Shown here: piece after piece, positions 1 to 10,555 of the stretch
How the letters are laid out: each line of letters starts with the position of its first letter
Position numbering within the stretch: position 1 is the first letter of the stretch
Source of the DNA: Nostoc sp. DedSLP01
GTDB lineage: Bacteria; Cyanobacteriota; Cyanobacteriia; Cyanobacteriales; Nostocaceae
Assembly: GCA_034530875.2 (NCBI GenBank)
Contig: JAVRCJ020000009.1
Location: forward strand, 96,001 to 160,000
Direction of reading: 5' to 3'
DNA: 64,000 nucleotides
Position numbers and translations under genes: made by a program
The notes under the pieces: model-generated
Database searches by the model: none
What the model was told of the DNA's origin: nothing
Seen by the model: only the letters and a program-made list of their open reading frames with translations

Positions 1-783
1 AATAACACTGAAACTGTTTTACGTACAGAAAACCTCAATATTTACTACGGTAAATTTTTAGCCTTGCAGAATATCTGGCTAGATATACCGAAAAATAAAG
101 TGACAGCTTTTATCGGCCCTTCGGGTTGTGGTAAAAGTACGCTGCTGCGATGCTATAACCGCCTTAATGACCTAATTGAGTCATTTCGCGCAGAAGGTAA
201 GATACTTTTTTACGATAAAAATTTGTACGCTCCCGACATCGATCCTGTAGAAGTGCGTCGGAGAATTGGAATGGTGTTTCAAAGACCAAACCCATTTCCC
301 AAATCAATTTATGACAATATCGCTTTTGGAGCCAAAATCAACGGCTACAAAGGTAATATGGATGAATTAGTAGAAAGAAGTCTGCGGCAAGCAGCTTTAT
401 GGGATGAAGTCAAAGATAAACTCAGACAAAGTGGCTCATCCTTATCAGGCGGACAACAGCAACGGTTATGTATTGCTAGAGCGATCGCAGTCCAACCTGA
501 AATTATATTAATGGATGAACCTTGCTCCGCCCTTGACCCGATCTCTACATTGCGGGTTGAAGAACTGATTCACGAACTTAAAGAGCAATATACGATTGTT
601 ATCGTCACCCATAACATGCAGCAAGCGGCGCGTGTTTCTGATAAAACAGCCTTCTTTAATGTCCGAACTACTGAGTCAGGAGGTCGTAACGGCTATATGG
701 TAGAGTTTGATTCCACAGAAGTAATATTCAATAATCCTAAGCAGGAAGATACCAGAGATTACGTTAGCGGCAGATTCGGATAA
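1..783 (+). CDS. pstB: Phosphate ABC transporter ATP-binding protein (5' end lies outside the window)
   Basis: Frame is open from base 1 ([17 protein letters not shown]...). Walker A GPSGCGKS, signature [14 protein letters not shown], Walker B ILMDEP, C-terminal DYVSGRFG typical of PstB. Confidence 0.95.
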   Translation, partial: NNTETVLRTENLNIYYGKFLALQNIWLDIPKNKVTAFIGPSGCGKSTLLRCYNRLNDLIESFRAEGKILFYDKNLYAPDIDPVEVRRRIGMVFQRPNPFPKSIYDNIAFGAKINGYKGNMDELVERSLRQAALWDEVKDKLRQSGSSLSGGQQQRLCIARAIAVQPEIILMDEPCSALDPISTLRVEELIHELKEQYTIVIVTHNMQQAARVSDKTAFFNVRTTESGGRNGYMVEFDSTEVIFNNPKQEDTRDYVSGRFG

Positions 784-1141
784 ATATTTATTTCAGTTTA
801 AGTTCTTAGCTTGTTCTCACAATTTAAACATTTAGTAGTTTTTGGGAGTCCCCACCTTTATAGGTTGAGGGATTTTTGTTTTGTAGCGTATAACAAGAAT
901 TTAGTCTTAGAAAGAATAGACTTCTTGCACGAATCTTAAAGAGCAAGAATATTAAGTCTCGTGCAAAGATGCAAAGAGTTACAGCAAATGCAACTCGCAG
1001 TTGTATGGTCGCGAAATGCTCTCTTATAAATTGCATAATCCGATTAAATCAAACTCTTCTAGGCTATGCATTGCCTAGCCTAGTTATGCAAAGTAAATGT
1101 TTAACAGCTTCCTAGTCCAGAATGGGTAATAAATAAAGCAA

Positions 1142-1825
1142 TTACACTTTACCTGCCAAGTTCATTAACTGTTTGAAGTTAACAAGATAAATAATATTGT
1201 TGGCGGTGTCAATGTTAATCCACCCTTTTTCATTCAGCTTTTCCATGATTTTGGTGGCTTCTTCAACGCCGATTTCTGTCACCTCTGCTAAATCTTTAAA
1301 GGGAATGTTAAAAATTTCTCTTCCCCGATCGGATTCTTGACCATAGCTTTCGCCTAAAGTCACTAAGGTATGAGCGAGTTTAACTGCTGGTGGTGAAGAC
1401 CGCATTTGCAAGCGCAGATTAATTTGCCGCAACCGCCGCACCATTAGTTGCAACATTCGGTGATGTAATTGCGGGTCTTTAAACAATATTTGAATAAAAC
1501 GCTCTCTGGAAATGCTAAGTAACTTCACTGGTGAAAGGGAAATAACATCAGTTGAACGGGGAGATTCATCCAAAATTGCCATTTCTCCAAAAAAATCCCC
1601 ACGGCCAAAAATTGCCAAAGCTACTGAATCATCCCCGACGGTACGTCGGACTTTTACCCAACCAGACACTACGAGATAAACGGCATTACCCCAAGCATCT
1701 TCCATGAGAACAGCTCGCCCACCTGGGTATTCATGTTCAGTTGCAACGTTGAGTAGCCATTCCAAAGTCTGTGGGTTGGCTGTACTCATCAAGGGGAAAA
1801 GTTCACTAAAAACCTCTGTTTGCAT
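1142..1825 (-). CDS. Crp/Fnr family transcriptional regulator
   Basis: cNMP-binding motif FFGEMAILDESPRSTDV followed by a C-terminal HTH-like region. Confidence 0.9.
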   Translation of the reverse strand: MQTEVFSELFPLMSTANPQTLEWLLNVATEHEYPGGRAVLMEDAWGNAVYLVVSGWVKVRRTVGDDSVALAIFGRGDFFGEMAILDESPRSTDVISLSPVKLLSISRERFIQILFKDPQLHHRMLQLMVRRLRQINLRLQMRSSPPAVKLAHTLVTLGESYGQESDRGREIFNIPFKDLAEVTEIGVEEATKIMEKLNEKGWINIDTANNIIYLVNFKQLMNLAGKV

Positions 1826-2023
1826 GAAATATTTGCAAGAATATGGATTTAAAAGCGGAAAATTAACTTGCTACTATAACTTGATTTCAACCGTAATCTT
1901 ACTCAGACAAAATGTAAGATTTATATTGATTTGTTCTAACCTTTTTAAACCGATCGCCTGAGAGTTCGATAACAACATAACAATTATGTATTGCGATCGA
2001 AATCAGCGGTTTTACTGATAGAC

Positions 2024-3253
2024 TTATGATTTATTGTTTGTTGGTGGATTGCTATCTAGTGACAGTTTTTTGATTTGGTGGTCTAAATTTTTCACTAGCT
2101 TATTTAAGGTAACTAAAGCTTCTAATTGCTGAGACTCAAGCCCGGGATTGAGAAAAAGCCGTTCTTGTAGTTCGTGCAACTTAAAGCTTAGTTGCTGAGA
2201 AATTCCTAAAGCATCGCGGCTCAAACGCATCAACTGTTGCTGTTGATAAAACTTTAATGCTGCTCCCCGTAACACTTGGAGTGTAGCTTCTTCGCCGTAC
2301 ATTCCTGGCATAACTCGCAAGCGTAATAATAAACGGTTTTTTTGATATAAGCATTCTTTCTCTACCTCTTTTGGTTCCGCAATCTTGGTAATAGGTAGGG
2401 AAGCAAACCGCTTTAACTCATTAAGTACTCCTTGGAAAACAGAGAGTGGGAGTTTGTCTAATACAGACTGCAATACTCCATTATCACTCCATAGTATTCT
2501 GCCTTCGTAAGGTTGTCTTTCTAAATATAGCCGACCAATTCCCCCTGCCAAAATTCGTCCTAGTAATTCTTCTAGCAATCTCTTGGGGGGTAGGGTTGCC
2601 AGCACTTCAATAGGACTAAATAGTTCTGGGCTTTCTATTGGCAAAATAGGTAAATTATCTATTAAAGCAGCTTCGGAAGTATCTGCTTGTTGGCCTCTAT
2701 TTCCAGAGGTTAAGAAAGTAGTAAGTTGAGAGGGATTTTCTAGATTTGTTGCTGGCAAATCTACTCGTTGTACAGAATGCTTATTAGTTGGTGTCTCAGG
2801 TGTTGTGAATGTAGGTGGTGGCTGCAATTGAGAGTCAGTATCACCAGAGTCAATAAATCTATCAAAAATGGTAACTGTCATTTGCTCATCTGCTTGTTGA
2901 GCATCTATTAGGGATGTATTTTTGTGGTTGAGATAGGCTGAGAGTATTCTTCGATGAGCTTCAGCTGCGATCGCCTCAGTTATCAGCGTGCAATTGATAT
3001 AAGTGAGAATGCGACTAACATAATCTAGTGCCTCAGCATCTTCTGGATGAACCATACCTAGCAATAGCTGGTTGTCTTTTAGGCAAAAAGGCAAAATTTG
3101 GTGGTACAGGCAAGCTTCAAACGACAAAAAACTATCCATTAGCTGGAATATTTGCTCGCGTTCGGTTTCTTGCTCCCACTTACTTTGTGTAGCCGTTAGC
3201 ACCTGTTGTCCGTTGACTGTGGTATTTGTGAGTTCGCCCTCTGAAGACAACAT
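2024..3253 (-). CDS. PilB/GspE N-terminal-domain protein lacking the ATPase domain
   Basis: FEACLYHQILPF...LLLGMVHPED resembles T2SSE_N. GIGRLYLE...DNGVLQ...LRVMPGMYGEEATLQVL resembles the PilB N2 domain. No Walker A; coiled-coil C-terminus. Confidence 0.7.
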   Translation of the reverse strand: MLSSEGELTNTTVNGQQVLTATQSKWEQETEREQIFQLMDSFLSFEACLYHQILPFCLKDNQLLLGMVHPEDAEALDYVSRILTYINCTLITEAIAAEAHRRILSAYLNHKNTSLIDAQQADEQMTVTIFDRFIDSGDTDSQLQPPPTFTTPETPTNKHSVQRVDLPATNLENPSQLTTFLTSGNRGQQADTSEAALIDNLPILPIESPELFSPIEVLATLPPKRLLEELLGRILAGGIGRLYLERQPYEGRILWSDNGVLQSVLDKLPLSVFQGVLNELKRFASLPITKIAEPKEVEKECLYQKNRLLLRLRVMPGMYGEEATLQVLRGAALKFYQQQQLMRLSRDALGISQQLSFKLHELQERLFLNPGLESQQLEALVTLNKLVKNLDHQIKKLSLDSNPPTNNKS

Positions 3254-3561
3254 AGATTTAATTAGCTGGTGTTTATTTATATAGTATTTTGTCTCAAGTT
3301 TAGTAGGTAGTTGATAAAAATGCTTTGTTAAATTGTTAAAAGTTCAATTATTTATTACATAAGTAGACGTAAGTAAAAGATAAATTTTCGATTAAGTCTC
3401 AGGGATAATACTGAGGATTGGGCATTGGGTATAGGAAGAGGCAGAGGGACAAGGGCAAGAAGGCAAGGGGGAAAATAAAAATTACCTCTTTCCCCTCTGC
3501 TCCCTGCTCCCTGCCCCCCTGCCTTAACAGCCATCTCACGCGTCCCCACGTTTAGGCTGGC

Positions 3562-4749
3562 TTACTCCTCGGTTCTTAAAGCTTGGGCTGCAAGATAGAC
3601 TTTTGTCCATTCGCCTAGCACTTGATGAGTTTTGAGTTTTAATTGTTGGGCTATTTCTTCTATTGATTTACCTGCTTTGCGCAAATCTAGGATCTGCCGT
3701 CCCAGAGGAGTGAGTTTTTCATCAAGTTGCTGCCATTGATTTTGTGTTAGCCCAAAGTTATGTTCTTGCAAGGAAATTGAGAGCCAGCTTTCTACGAGTT
3801 CTGGTTTACCTTTGAGGGCAAAAACGCGCACAGCATGGTAACTAATTTTTTCTCGCAGTCGGTATACTTCTTTAGTAGGCTTATCCAGCTTCTTGGAAAT
3901 CTCTTCTTGGGTTTTACCTTGGAGATACAATCGCAGCCACTCTACTGCGTCTGTTCCCAGATTTTCTTGTAAATAATTTTCAAATTCTTTTTGTACGGAC
4001 TGACGTAAGGCTTGTTGTTCTTCTTGTTGTTGTGTTTCTTGATATTCTGCGATCGCTTGGCTATCGACTAAGTTAACTCGATTGTCGCTGTCGTCTGTAA
4101 GAACTTCTTCTGATACTAGTCGAATTAAATCGCGGCTTGGGACTTGGGTTAAGCCGCCGCGTTGAGTCCGACGCAAGTAATTTACAAAACGGTAAGCCAA
4201 TAGGGGTTGATTGCGTACTGGGCGCAAACAATATTCTTCGACGCTGGCAAACAGCAAAGCATCAGCTAATCGGCGATCGCTTGTATATTTGGCGATGTCA
4301 GCCATTTGCTGTTGCATGTAGGTATCGTTTTGCAGTAATTCTTGTAGTACTTCTTGCAAGACATCGATAACGCTACGCTGGCGATCGCGACTCAGAGCAA
4401 CCCAAGTCTGAATTTTATTCCGTAATGTTGCTAAACTCCCCAATCGCGTTATCAAGTTGCGATAGGCGCGTTCTCGCCCTAAACCTAAGTAGCGTTGACG
4501 TAAAATCCTCCAGCGATATTCCATTGCTTGCTTGGCAATTTCAAGTTCTTTCGGGTTAAACAGATCGAACCGTTTTGAATCAGATCCAAGCAGCCAGAGA
4601 ATAATGCTTTGTCTTGTAGCTTCACTTAGTTCTGGACATTCTCCGGCCAAGCGCTTTTGCCAATCTCGAGCCAGTTTTTCGTCATCCCTTGTCATAGCGA
4701 GATTGCGCTCCTCGAAACTCAATTTTGAAGTTTGCATCACAACCCCCAT
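3562..4749 (-). CDS. HetZ-related protein (putative sigma-like HTH regulator)
   Basis: 395 aa with two C-terminal HTH-like segments (GKTQEEISKKL, GKSIEEIAQQL). Recognised from memory as the cyanobacterial HetZ-related family; not HetZ itself. Start may be 4737. Confidence 0.65.
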   Translation of the reverse strand: MGVVMQTSKLSFEERNLAMTRDDEKLARDWQKRLAGECPELSEATRQSIILWLLGSDSKRFDLFNPKELEIAKQAMEYRWRILRQRYLGLGRERAYRNLITRLGSLATLRNKIQTWVALSRDRQRSVIDVLQEVLQELLQNDTYMQQQMADIAKYTSDRRLADALLFASVEEYCLRPVRNQPLLAYRFVNYLRRTQRGGLTQVPSRDLIRLVSEEVLTDDSDNRVNLVDSQAIAEYQETQQQEEQQALRQSVQKEFENYLQENLGTDAVEWLRLYLQGKTQEEISKKLDKPTKEVYRLREKISYHAVRVFALKGKPELVESWLSISLQEHNFGLTQNQWQQLDEKLTPLGRQILDLRKAGKSIEEIAQQLKLKTHQVLGEWTKVYLAAQALRTEE

Positions 4750-4844
4750 TCATCCCACCTAACCTAAATGTTTAACTGGCAGCTGCCCTGTTTTTCATGA
4801 GTTTCATGAAAAGATCTCAGTGATTCCACTTTTATTACGTCTGA

Positions 4845-4874
4845 ATTCACTAAATTTATGCAGAAATTTCCGGA
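4845..4874 (-). promoter_or_regulatory. DIF1-like promoter (TCCGGA-N18-GTGAA) upstream of the HetZ-related gene
   Basis: Minus strand reads TCCGGA aatttctgcataaattta GTGAAT, about 120 bp upstream of the start. Confidence 0.4.
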
Positions 4875-5710
4875 TTCATGTTTGTCTTGGGAGTTCAAAG
4901 TGCCCTAAACCAATATCTATAAGGTATTTCCGCTAATTCTGTTAATTTAACTTTTTGTTAAGTTATCTTTCTTAACTGAGAACAGAAATCTAATTAGATG
5001 TAGTTAGGGAAACTGACTTTTGGGAACCGAGTCAAGGAACGAATTTTGATTTAACTGTACATCAGACGCTATTCCATCCGTATAAGTTTCAACTCTTGGC
5101 AAGAGTTAATGTAATACAATACTTAGTTTTACTTTATATGATGAAATAGTCTAATTAAGTATATATATGGAAATTAGCAGTTAATAAATAGTCAAAATAT
5201 TAATACTGCAAATCTATCCATCAAGCTAATTGATATTTTAAATCATGTAAAATAATTGTTTTTGAGTTGATACTTATCTCATGGAGACTAATGCTGCGAT
5301 CGAAGACATTATTTAGCTCGAACCATATAATTTCGGGGATTGATGAATCATAGAGATCGATGAGCTTTGGGTAAAGACGAGCCAGGTACTAAGAGTGGAT
5401 ATGCCAACTTCAAGCAACTGGCGTCGCAAAGGTAGAATGAAGAATTCATCGGTCAATTCAGAAACGCCAGATTTTGGACAGTTACTGTCAGTACAACTGG
5501 GGATAAGTCTGAGTATGCCAGATAGCGATCGCTCTTCTAGGTGGTAGGGATAAATAGGGGGATTGTTCGTTTTGATTTTTTAGCAAAGCCAGATAAGCTC
5601 GACTTCTCAGGGAAGCATAAGCTATGAATTTAGGGCGATAGCGTAGCTAAGCCGTGCTTGCGAGCGTCTGACTCCGCCAACGCCAAAGTGGAAAAGAAAA
5701 ATGGTTGAGT

Positions 5711-6061
5711 TTATCGCCCGTTTGACGATCTCACAATGGGGTTTTCTACCGATTCGCGATATTGTTGGACTTCATCAGTGTAAGCAATTGGCAAAACAGC
5801 TTCCACGTTTTCATGGGGACGAGGAATAATTACCCAAGATTCGAGAGTACCACCATAAACATTTTCTGCGGCTTCAACACCAGCAGCCATAGCTGTCTTG
5901 ACCTCAGAAACATCACCACGAATATTAACTGTAAAGCGAGCGCTACCGACTCGAATGTAACCAACGAGGGTGACTCGACCAGCTTTTACCATAGCATCTG
6001 CTGCGGCTAGCACAGCAGGAAAACCTTTAGTTTCCAGCGAACCAACTGCCTGGAGTGACAT
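5711..6061 (-). CDS. ccmK4: Carboxysome shell hexamer protein CcmK4
   Basis: BMC domain [27 protein letters not shown]...[17 protein letters not shown]...IPRPHENV; directly downstream of ccmK3. Confidence 0.92.
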   Translation of the reverse strand: MSLQAVGSLETKGFPAVLAAADAMVKAGRVTLVGYIRVGSARFTVNIRGDVSEVKTAMAAGVEAAENVYGGTLESWVIIPRPHENVEAVLPIAYTDEVQQYRESVENPIVRSSNGR

Positions 6062-6147
6062 TAGTAATCTCCTGTAGGAATAAACGATATGTGGTGTTAC
6101 AAGTTAATTGTACGAAGCTTCGCTACAAATTTTGATAGCGAAACTGC

Positions 6148-6459
6148 TTAGAACATGCGGAAAGGTTCTGATTTTTGAGTGAAATGGATTGGTAATATGG
6201 TTTCCACATTTTCCGGGGGGTTGGGAACTATGTAGTGGGTAATTACTGTTTCAGCCTTTACTTGCTCTCCAGCATTAATACCTTCTTCAACAGCCCTTTT
6301 AACTTCAGCAACTTGTCCCCGGATAGCGACTACAAAGCGACCACTCTCGGCTAGACCATAATACACCAACGTGACTGCGGCAGATTTCACCATTGCATCT
6401 GCTGCGGCTAAGACACTAGGAAAACCTAAAGTTTCGATTACGCCAACCGCCATTGGCAT
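6148..6459 (-). CDS. ccmK3: Carboxysome shell hexamer protein CcmK3
   Basis: BMC domain [23 protein letters not shown]...HYIVPNPPENV, the CcmK3-type pattern. Confidence 0.92.
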   Translation of the reverse strand: MPMAVGVIETLGFPSVLAAADAMVKSAAVTLVYYGLAESGRFVVAIRGQVAEVKRAVEEGINAGEQVKAETVITHYIVPNPPENVETILPIHFTQKSEPFRMF

Positions 6460-6717
6460 GGCATTAGCTCCTAATTTATGGGACAGGCGATATCAATTGT
6501 ACGTGGCTTTAGTCCCAATTTTGACATTTTGGAAAACTTTCTTTAATGGGAGGTTGGCGCAATAGTAAGTGGGGAATGGAAAGTGAGAATGTTTTGCTAG
6601 CGGTTGGATTAGGTTTATATATTACAAGTATTACTTGAGGTTATTAGTTTGTGTAATTTTGTTGTTTTACAAAATTAGGGATATATGGAGGTGAGCTAAT
6701 AGGATAAACTAAAATTT

Positions 6718-7608
6718 ATGTTTCCGAATTTTCTTCCTACAGCAGTTGGGCAACTGACAGAACCAGCCTCGATCGCATTAGCTCGGAGTATTCAAACTTG
6801 CGCGATCGCTACTCCTTTAATTAAGGCACCAATCACCACAACTTATGTCAAGCAAGGAAGTGGTGGAACTCCTATTTTATTAATTCACGGCTTTGACAGT
6901 TCTGTATTAGAATTTCGCCGGCTTTTACCACTGCTGGCTGAAGATTGTGAAACGTGGGCAGTGGATTTGTTGGGCTTTGGATTTACAGATAGACTCTCAG
7001 GAATTGCCTACAGTCCAACTGCAATTAAAACCCATCTTTATTATTTTTGGAAAAGCTTGATTAACCAACCTGTTATTTTGGTGGGGGCTTCAATGGGGGG
7101 TGCGACAGCAATTGATTTGGCGCTGACTTATCCAGAAGTTGTTAAAAAGCTAGTGTTAATTGATAGTGCTGGGTTAGCGGGTGGTTCGCCATTAAGTAAA
7201 TTAATGTTTCCTCCATTGGATCGTTTAGCAACTCAGTTTTTGAGTAATATGAAGGTGCGCGATCGCGTTTCTCGCATTGGATATAAAAATCAAACTCTCG
7301 CTTCTCTGGATGCCTTATATTGCGGTGCATTACACCTACAAATGCCCAGTTGGAATCAAGCTTTGATTGCTTTTAGTAAAAGTGGTGGTTACAGTGCTTT
7401 TAGATTTAAAACTCTATCGCAAATTGTGCAAAAGACACTAATTTTATGGGGCGATGCCGATAAAATTCTGGGTACTAAGGATGCCATGAGATTTAAAAGA
7501 GCAATTCCACAAAGTACTCTAGTTTGGGTTCAAGATTGCGGACATCTTCCTCATTTAGAACAACCACAAATTACTGCCAAGCATATTTTAAACTTTTGTA
7601 GCGAATGA
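6718..7608 (+). CDS. Alpha/beta fold hydrolase
   Basis: HGF oxyanion motif, nucleophile elbow GASMGG, catalytic His in CGHLPHLE. Confidence 0.9.
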   Translation: MFPNFLPTAVGQLTEPASIALARSIQTCAIATPLIKAPITTTYVKQGSGGTPILLIHGFDSSVLEFRRLLPLLAEDCETWAVDLLGFGFTDRLSGIAYSPTAIKTHLYYFWKSLINQPVILVGASMGGATAIDLALTYPEVVKKLVLIDSAGLAGGSPLSKLMFPPLDRLATQFLSNMKVRDRVSRIGYKNQTLASLDALYCGALHLQMPSWNQALIAFSKSGGYSAFRFKTLSQIVQKTLILWGDADKILGTKDAMRFKRAIPQSTLVWVQDCGHLPHLEQPQITAKHILNFCSE

Positions 7609-7893
7609 CATTAATTTATAACCGATTATCTCTAATAGCTTCAACCGTTGCTCGCCAATTTATTTAGCGCTTATCTAAGATAAAAAGCTTTTCACCTATT
7701 GATAACGGGTTTTACACAACCCGTTATTTTTCTGCAATTATGTTATTTTCACATAATTTTAGGGAACTATATAGCTCAATACTGTCGAGTCTTTGAGAAT
7801 CAAGCCTAAAGTAAATTTGTCTTTCAAGCAGAGACTAGATTTTTTGGGTAAATTTGAAAAGTTTCTAGTAAGTGAGTTAATAGAGAAATAGGT

Positions 7894-8913
7894 ATGACAA
7901 TAGAAAAAAATAATAAATTAGACGCCTTAAAAGCATTAAGCATTGGTTTTGTTTTTTTATGGCATTTACGCCCATTCCAATTTATCATCAATAGTCCTGC
8001 TGATATTACTGTATTGATGATTGCCAAAATTATCAGAGATTTGGAACTGCAATTATCTTTAACAGCCGTTCCAATTTTTTATCTTGTTTCTCTTTACTTA
8101 TTTTTTCAACATTCCAGCGATATAGAATATTTCAAAAAGAGACTCAATAAGCTGATTGAAATTTATTTATTTTGGGTACTTGTTCAGAATATATTTTTTA
8201 TTATAGTTACCAAACAAATTCCTAATTTTTCATGGGAATTTTTTATAGGTTTAGAGCCAAACTTACCAATTGTTGGAGATTCAGTTTTTTATTTTCTATT
8301 TAATTTAATTTGTTTAACAATTTTGGCTTTTTTGTATCAACTCATCAAATCAGATTTTTTCATAAAGATAGTATCTTTAATAATAGTAATATTTTCTTTA
8401 ATTTATTTTGAAGCTTCTTACTTCCTAAATTTTAGTATCCCTTACCATTGGCTAATAAATTTTGTTATTTATATCCCTATAGCTTTTTACTTAGCTAAAT
8501 TTCCAGATAAAGTGTTACGCTTTAAACTTTGGTACTTAATTGCATTTATTTTATTTTCCTTCCATGACGTATATTTGCGCGATTCTGGCTACAACTCAAG
8601 TATTTATGCAAGAATTGCTATTGTTTGTGGAGCGATCGCTATTTTCTGCTATGTTTATTCTCGAAAAGAAATCAAACACAATTTATTAGTACAGCAATTA
8701 TCAAAATATTCTCTTGGTTTATTTTCATTACATAAATACTGGCAATACTTATTCTTTTTATTAATCGAACGTTATCAAATTGCTATAGATACAACACTTT
8801 TTGGAACGGCTTTGAGTACAATTTTTATAATTGAAGGATTTGTTGTTGTATTTTTTACTATTGTCAGTGTTTATTTATTAAGGTTAACGTTTTTAAAACA
8901 GTTTATTACCTAA
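7894..8913 (+). CDS. Membrane acyltransferase (acyltransferase-3 family)
   Basis: LDALKALSIGFVFLWH N-terminal motif, AVPIF, KKRL, SKYSLGLFSLH; multiple TM helices; very AT-rich. Confidence 0.75.
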   Translation: MTIEKNNKLDALKALSIGFVFLWHLRPFQFIINSPADITVLMIAKIIRDLELQLSLTAVPIFYLVSLYLFFQHSSDIEYFKKRLNKLIEIYLFWVLVQNIFFIIVTKQIPNFSWEFFIGLEPNLPIVGDSVFYFLFNLICLTILAFLYQLIKSDFFIKIVSLIIVIFSLIYFEASYFLNFSIPYHWLINFVIYIPIAFYLAKFPDKVLRFKLWYLIAFILFSFHDVYLRDSGYNSSIYARIAIVCGAIAIFCYVYSRKEIKHNLLVQQLSKYSLGLFSLHKYWQYLFFLLIERYQIAIDTTLFGTALSTIFIIEGFVVVFFTIVSVYLLRLTFLKQFIT

Positions 8914-8990
8914 TAAATAGAAGTTCATAATATCAGGCTTGGATAAACGCTGATAATTCAATCTTTCATCTATCTTAACCACAAGTACCT

Positions 8991-9022
8991 GTAGGGTAGC
9001 ACAGCTAGCTATGCTACCCTAC
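8991..9022. repeat. GTAG-type REP-like palindrome (copy 1)
   Basis: GTAGGGTAGCACAGCTAGCTATGCTACCCTAC; related copies at 24631, 29900 and 40988. Confidence 0.8.
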
Positions 9023-9124
9023 TTAATCTTTGTACAAATGGCTAAAGCTTTTAGTTCAAGTTTTTACAATTGTTTTCGAGCTTACTTTAAAAGCATCTTA
9101 AATTTTTACTTACTCTTAACAGTA

Positions 9125-9727
9125 CTAGTCATACAGCCAAGTGTTATTTGCAAAATCATCATTCGTTTGCGTTTGTTGCTCTGCTAATTTTTCAGAGGAA
9201 CGATGTGATTTTCTATAATTAAGTGGACTGTAGCTTTCTTTTGCTGGTTTGATTGCGCTAGTTTGTTGGGGAACAATTTGAGATTTAGTTTCTGCTGCTT
9301 GTTTTAAGGCATTAATTTCTTCTATTAGTTTAGAATTTGCTTCTGCAAGTTGTAGTGCTGTTTTTTTGGTTTCGTCTAGTTCTTCTGTTAGCTGTTCTGC
9401 AAGAATTTTTTGTTCGGAAACTAATATTTTTTGCTGAGATAATTTTGATTTTAAATCAACAATTTCCTGTTCTAGAGCAGCTTCTTTTTGATGACTTTTT
9501 TCTAAATTATTTGTCAACTCTTTGATAGTTACTTCTAAATCAGCTTTAGTAGGATTTGTGCGCCTAGTAGTAGGTTCGGGCGTTTGTGGCGACGATTCTT
9601 CATCAGCTGTAGCCTGTTCTTGGCTAATTTCTTCTGCTACAACTTCGATCGCAGATTCATCTTCTGGTGATGTAAATTTTTGCGCCTCTTGTTGCAATAA
9701 ATCCGACAGACTTTGTTTCTTAGCCAT
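9125..9727 (-). CDS. mcdB: Probable carboxysome positioning protein McdB (type 2)
   Basis: Basic N-terminus (MAKKQ), low-complexity Q/E-rich region, central coiled coil, Trp fourth from the C-terminus (NNTWLYD). Start overlaps the parA-like stop (TAATG). Confidence 0.75.
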   Translation of the reverse strand: MAKKQSLSDLLQQEAQKFTSPEDESAIEVVAEEISQEQATADEESSPQTPEPTTRRTNPTKADLEVTIKELTNNLEKSHQKEAALEQEIVDLKSKLSQQKILVSEQKILAEQLTEELDETKKTALQLAEANSKLIEEINALKQAAETKSQIVPQQTSAIKPAKESYSPLNYRKSHRSSEKLAEQQTQTNDDFANNTWLYD

Positions 9728-10359
9728 TATTTCCTCCAATCACGCTGTAATTCATCAGCTGCGCGGCGATAATCTATCTCCGCTTCCCGTGCATTTCCTC
9801 CGCGCCATTGAGTAATTGCTAGACCTTCAAGCGCGGCTCGTTCGTGAGCTTTATAGGCGCGGATGAGGGTATCAAAAGCAGGAATACCTAGTCGAGTCAG
9901 AGTTTTTTTTGCTTCTAGTGCTTCCCCGAGACTGCGCGTATCGACTTTGGTGAGCAATACCCGGTGGGGGGTTCCCAAGGGGACGACGGCTTCCTTGACT
10001 GTTTCCACGAGGACAGCTAAATCCATCGCAGCTGGGGGTGTAGGCAAAACTAGGTAATCTGCGATCGCAACTACCGCTACTAATGCTTCAGAGCGCAGCG
10101 CGGGAGGCGTATCCACCACTACTAAATCGTAACCTTTTATTTTTGCTAAATCACCTAAAAGTGTCGGATCTGTTTCTTGAGATAAATCAAATCCCATTCC
10201 TTGCTGACTGCGCCCGAACCACCAACTGGCAGAACCTTGAATATCTGCGTCAATCAGCAACACCTTTTTTTTCTTCGCAAAGTTTGCAGCCAGATTGATT
10301 GCGGTAGTCGTTTTACCGACTCCTCCTTTACCGTTGAGAATAGCGATAATTTTTGGCAC
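9727..10359 (-). CDS. mcdA: ParA-family ATPase, probable McdA (type 2)
   Basis: Deviant Walker A KGGVGKTT, double Trp (GSASWW), Walker B VVVDTPP; short, with no N-terminal HTH; coupled to the coiled-coil gene and about 3 kb from ccmK3/K4. Confidence 0.78.
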   Translation of the reverse strand: MPKIIAILNGKGGVGKTTTAINLAANFAKKKKVLLIDADIQGSASWWFGRSQQGMGFDLSQETDPTLLGDLAKIKGYDLVVVDTPPALRSEALVAVVAIADYLVLPTPPAAMDLAVLVETVKEAVVPLGTPHRVLLTKVDTRSLGEALEAKKTLTRLGIPAFDTLIRAYKAHERAALEGLAITQWRGGNAREAEIDYRRAADELQRDWRK

Positions 10360-10555
10360 TGCTTTAGGTAGAAAAAGGAAGTGGGAAGTGCGGAGTGAGG
10401 GAATTAAGGAGATGGGGTGATGGGAAGATGGGGAGAATTATACTCCTCACTCAACAGTCAATGCCCCAATGATGAATATACCGCTTTGTGTGACCCTCAA
10501 TCATATAAAAACTCGTAACAATAAAATTTAGAAGCTCTTAATTTCCGAAAGTTCT

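Noticed and set aside
824..1036. 70-aa minus-strand ORF after pstB
   Set aside because: No recognisable motif or RBS; runs through hairpin-rich intergenic DNA.
3355..3549. 64-aa ORF between the PilB-like and HetZ-related genes
   Set aside because: Translation of STRR-type repeats.
5313..5545. Stop-free stretch of about 70 codons upstream of the HetZ-related gene
   Set aside because: No convincing start, RBS or homology; cannot be supported as a gene.
9727..10359. Plasmid or chromosome partition ParA
   Set aside because: No parB/parS; partner and motifs fit McdA/McdB better.
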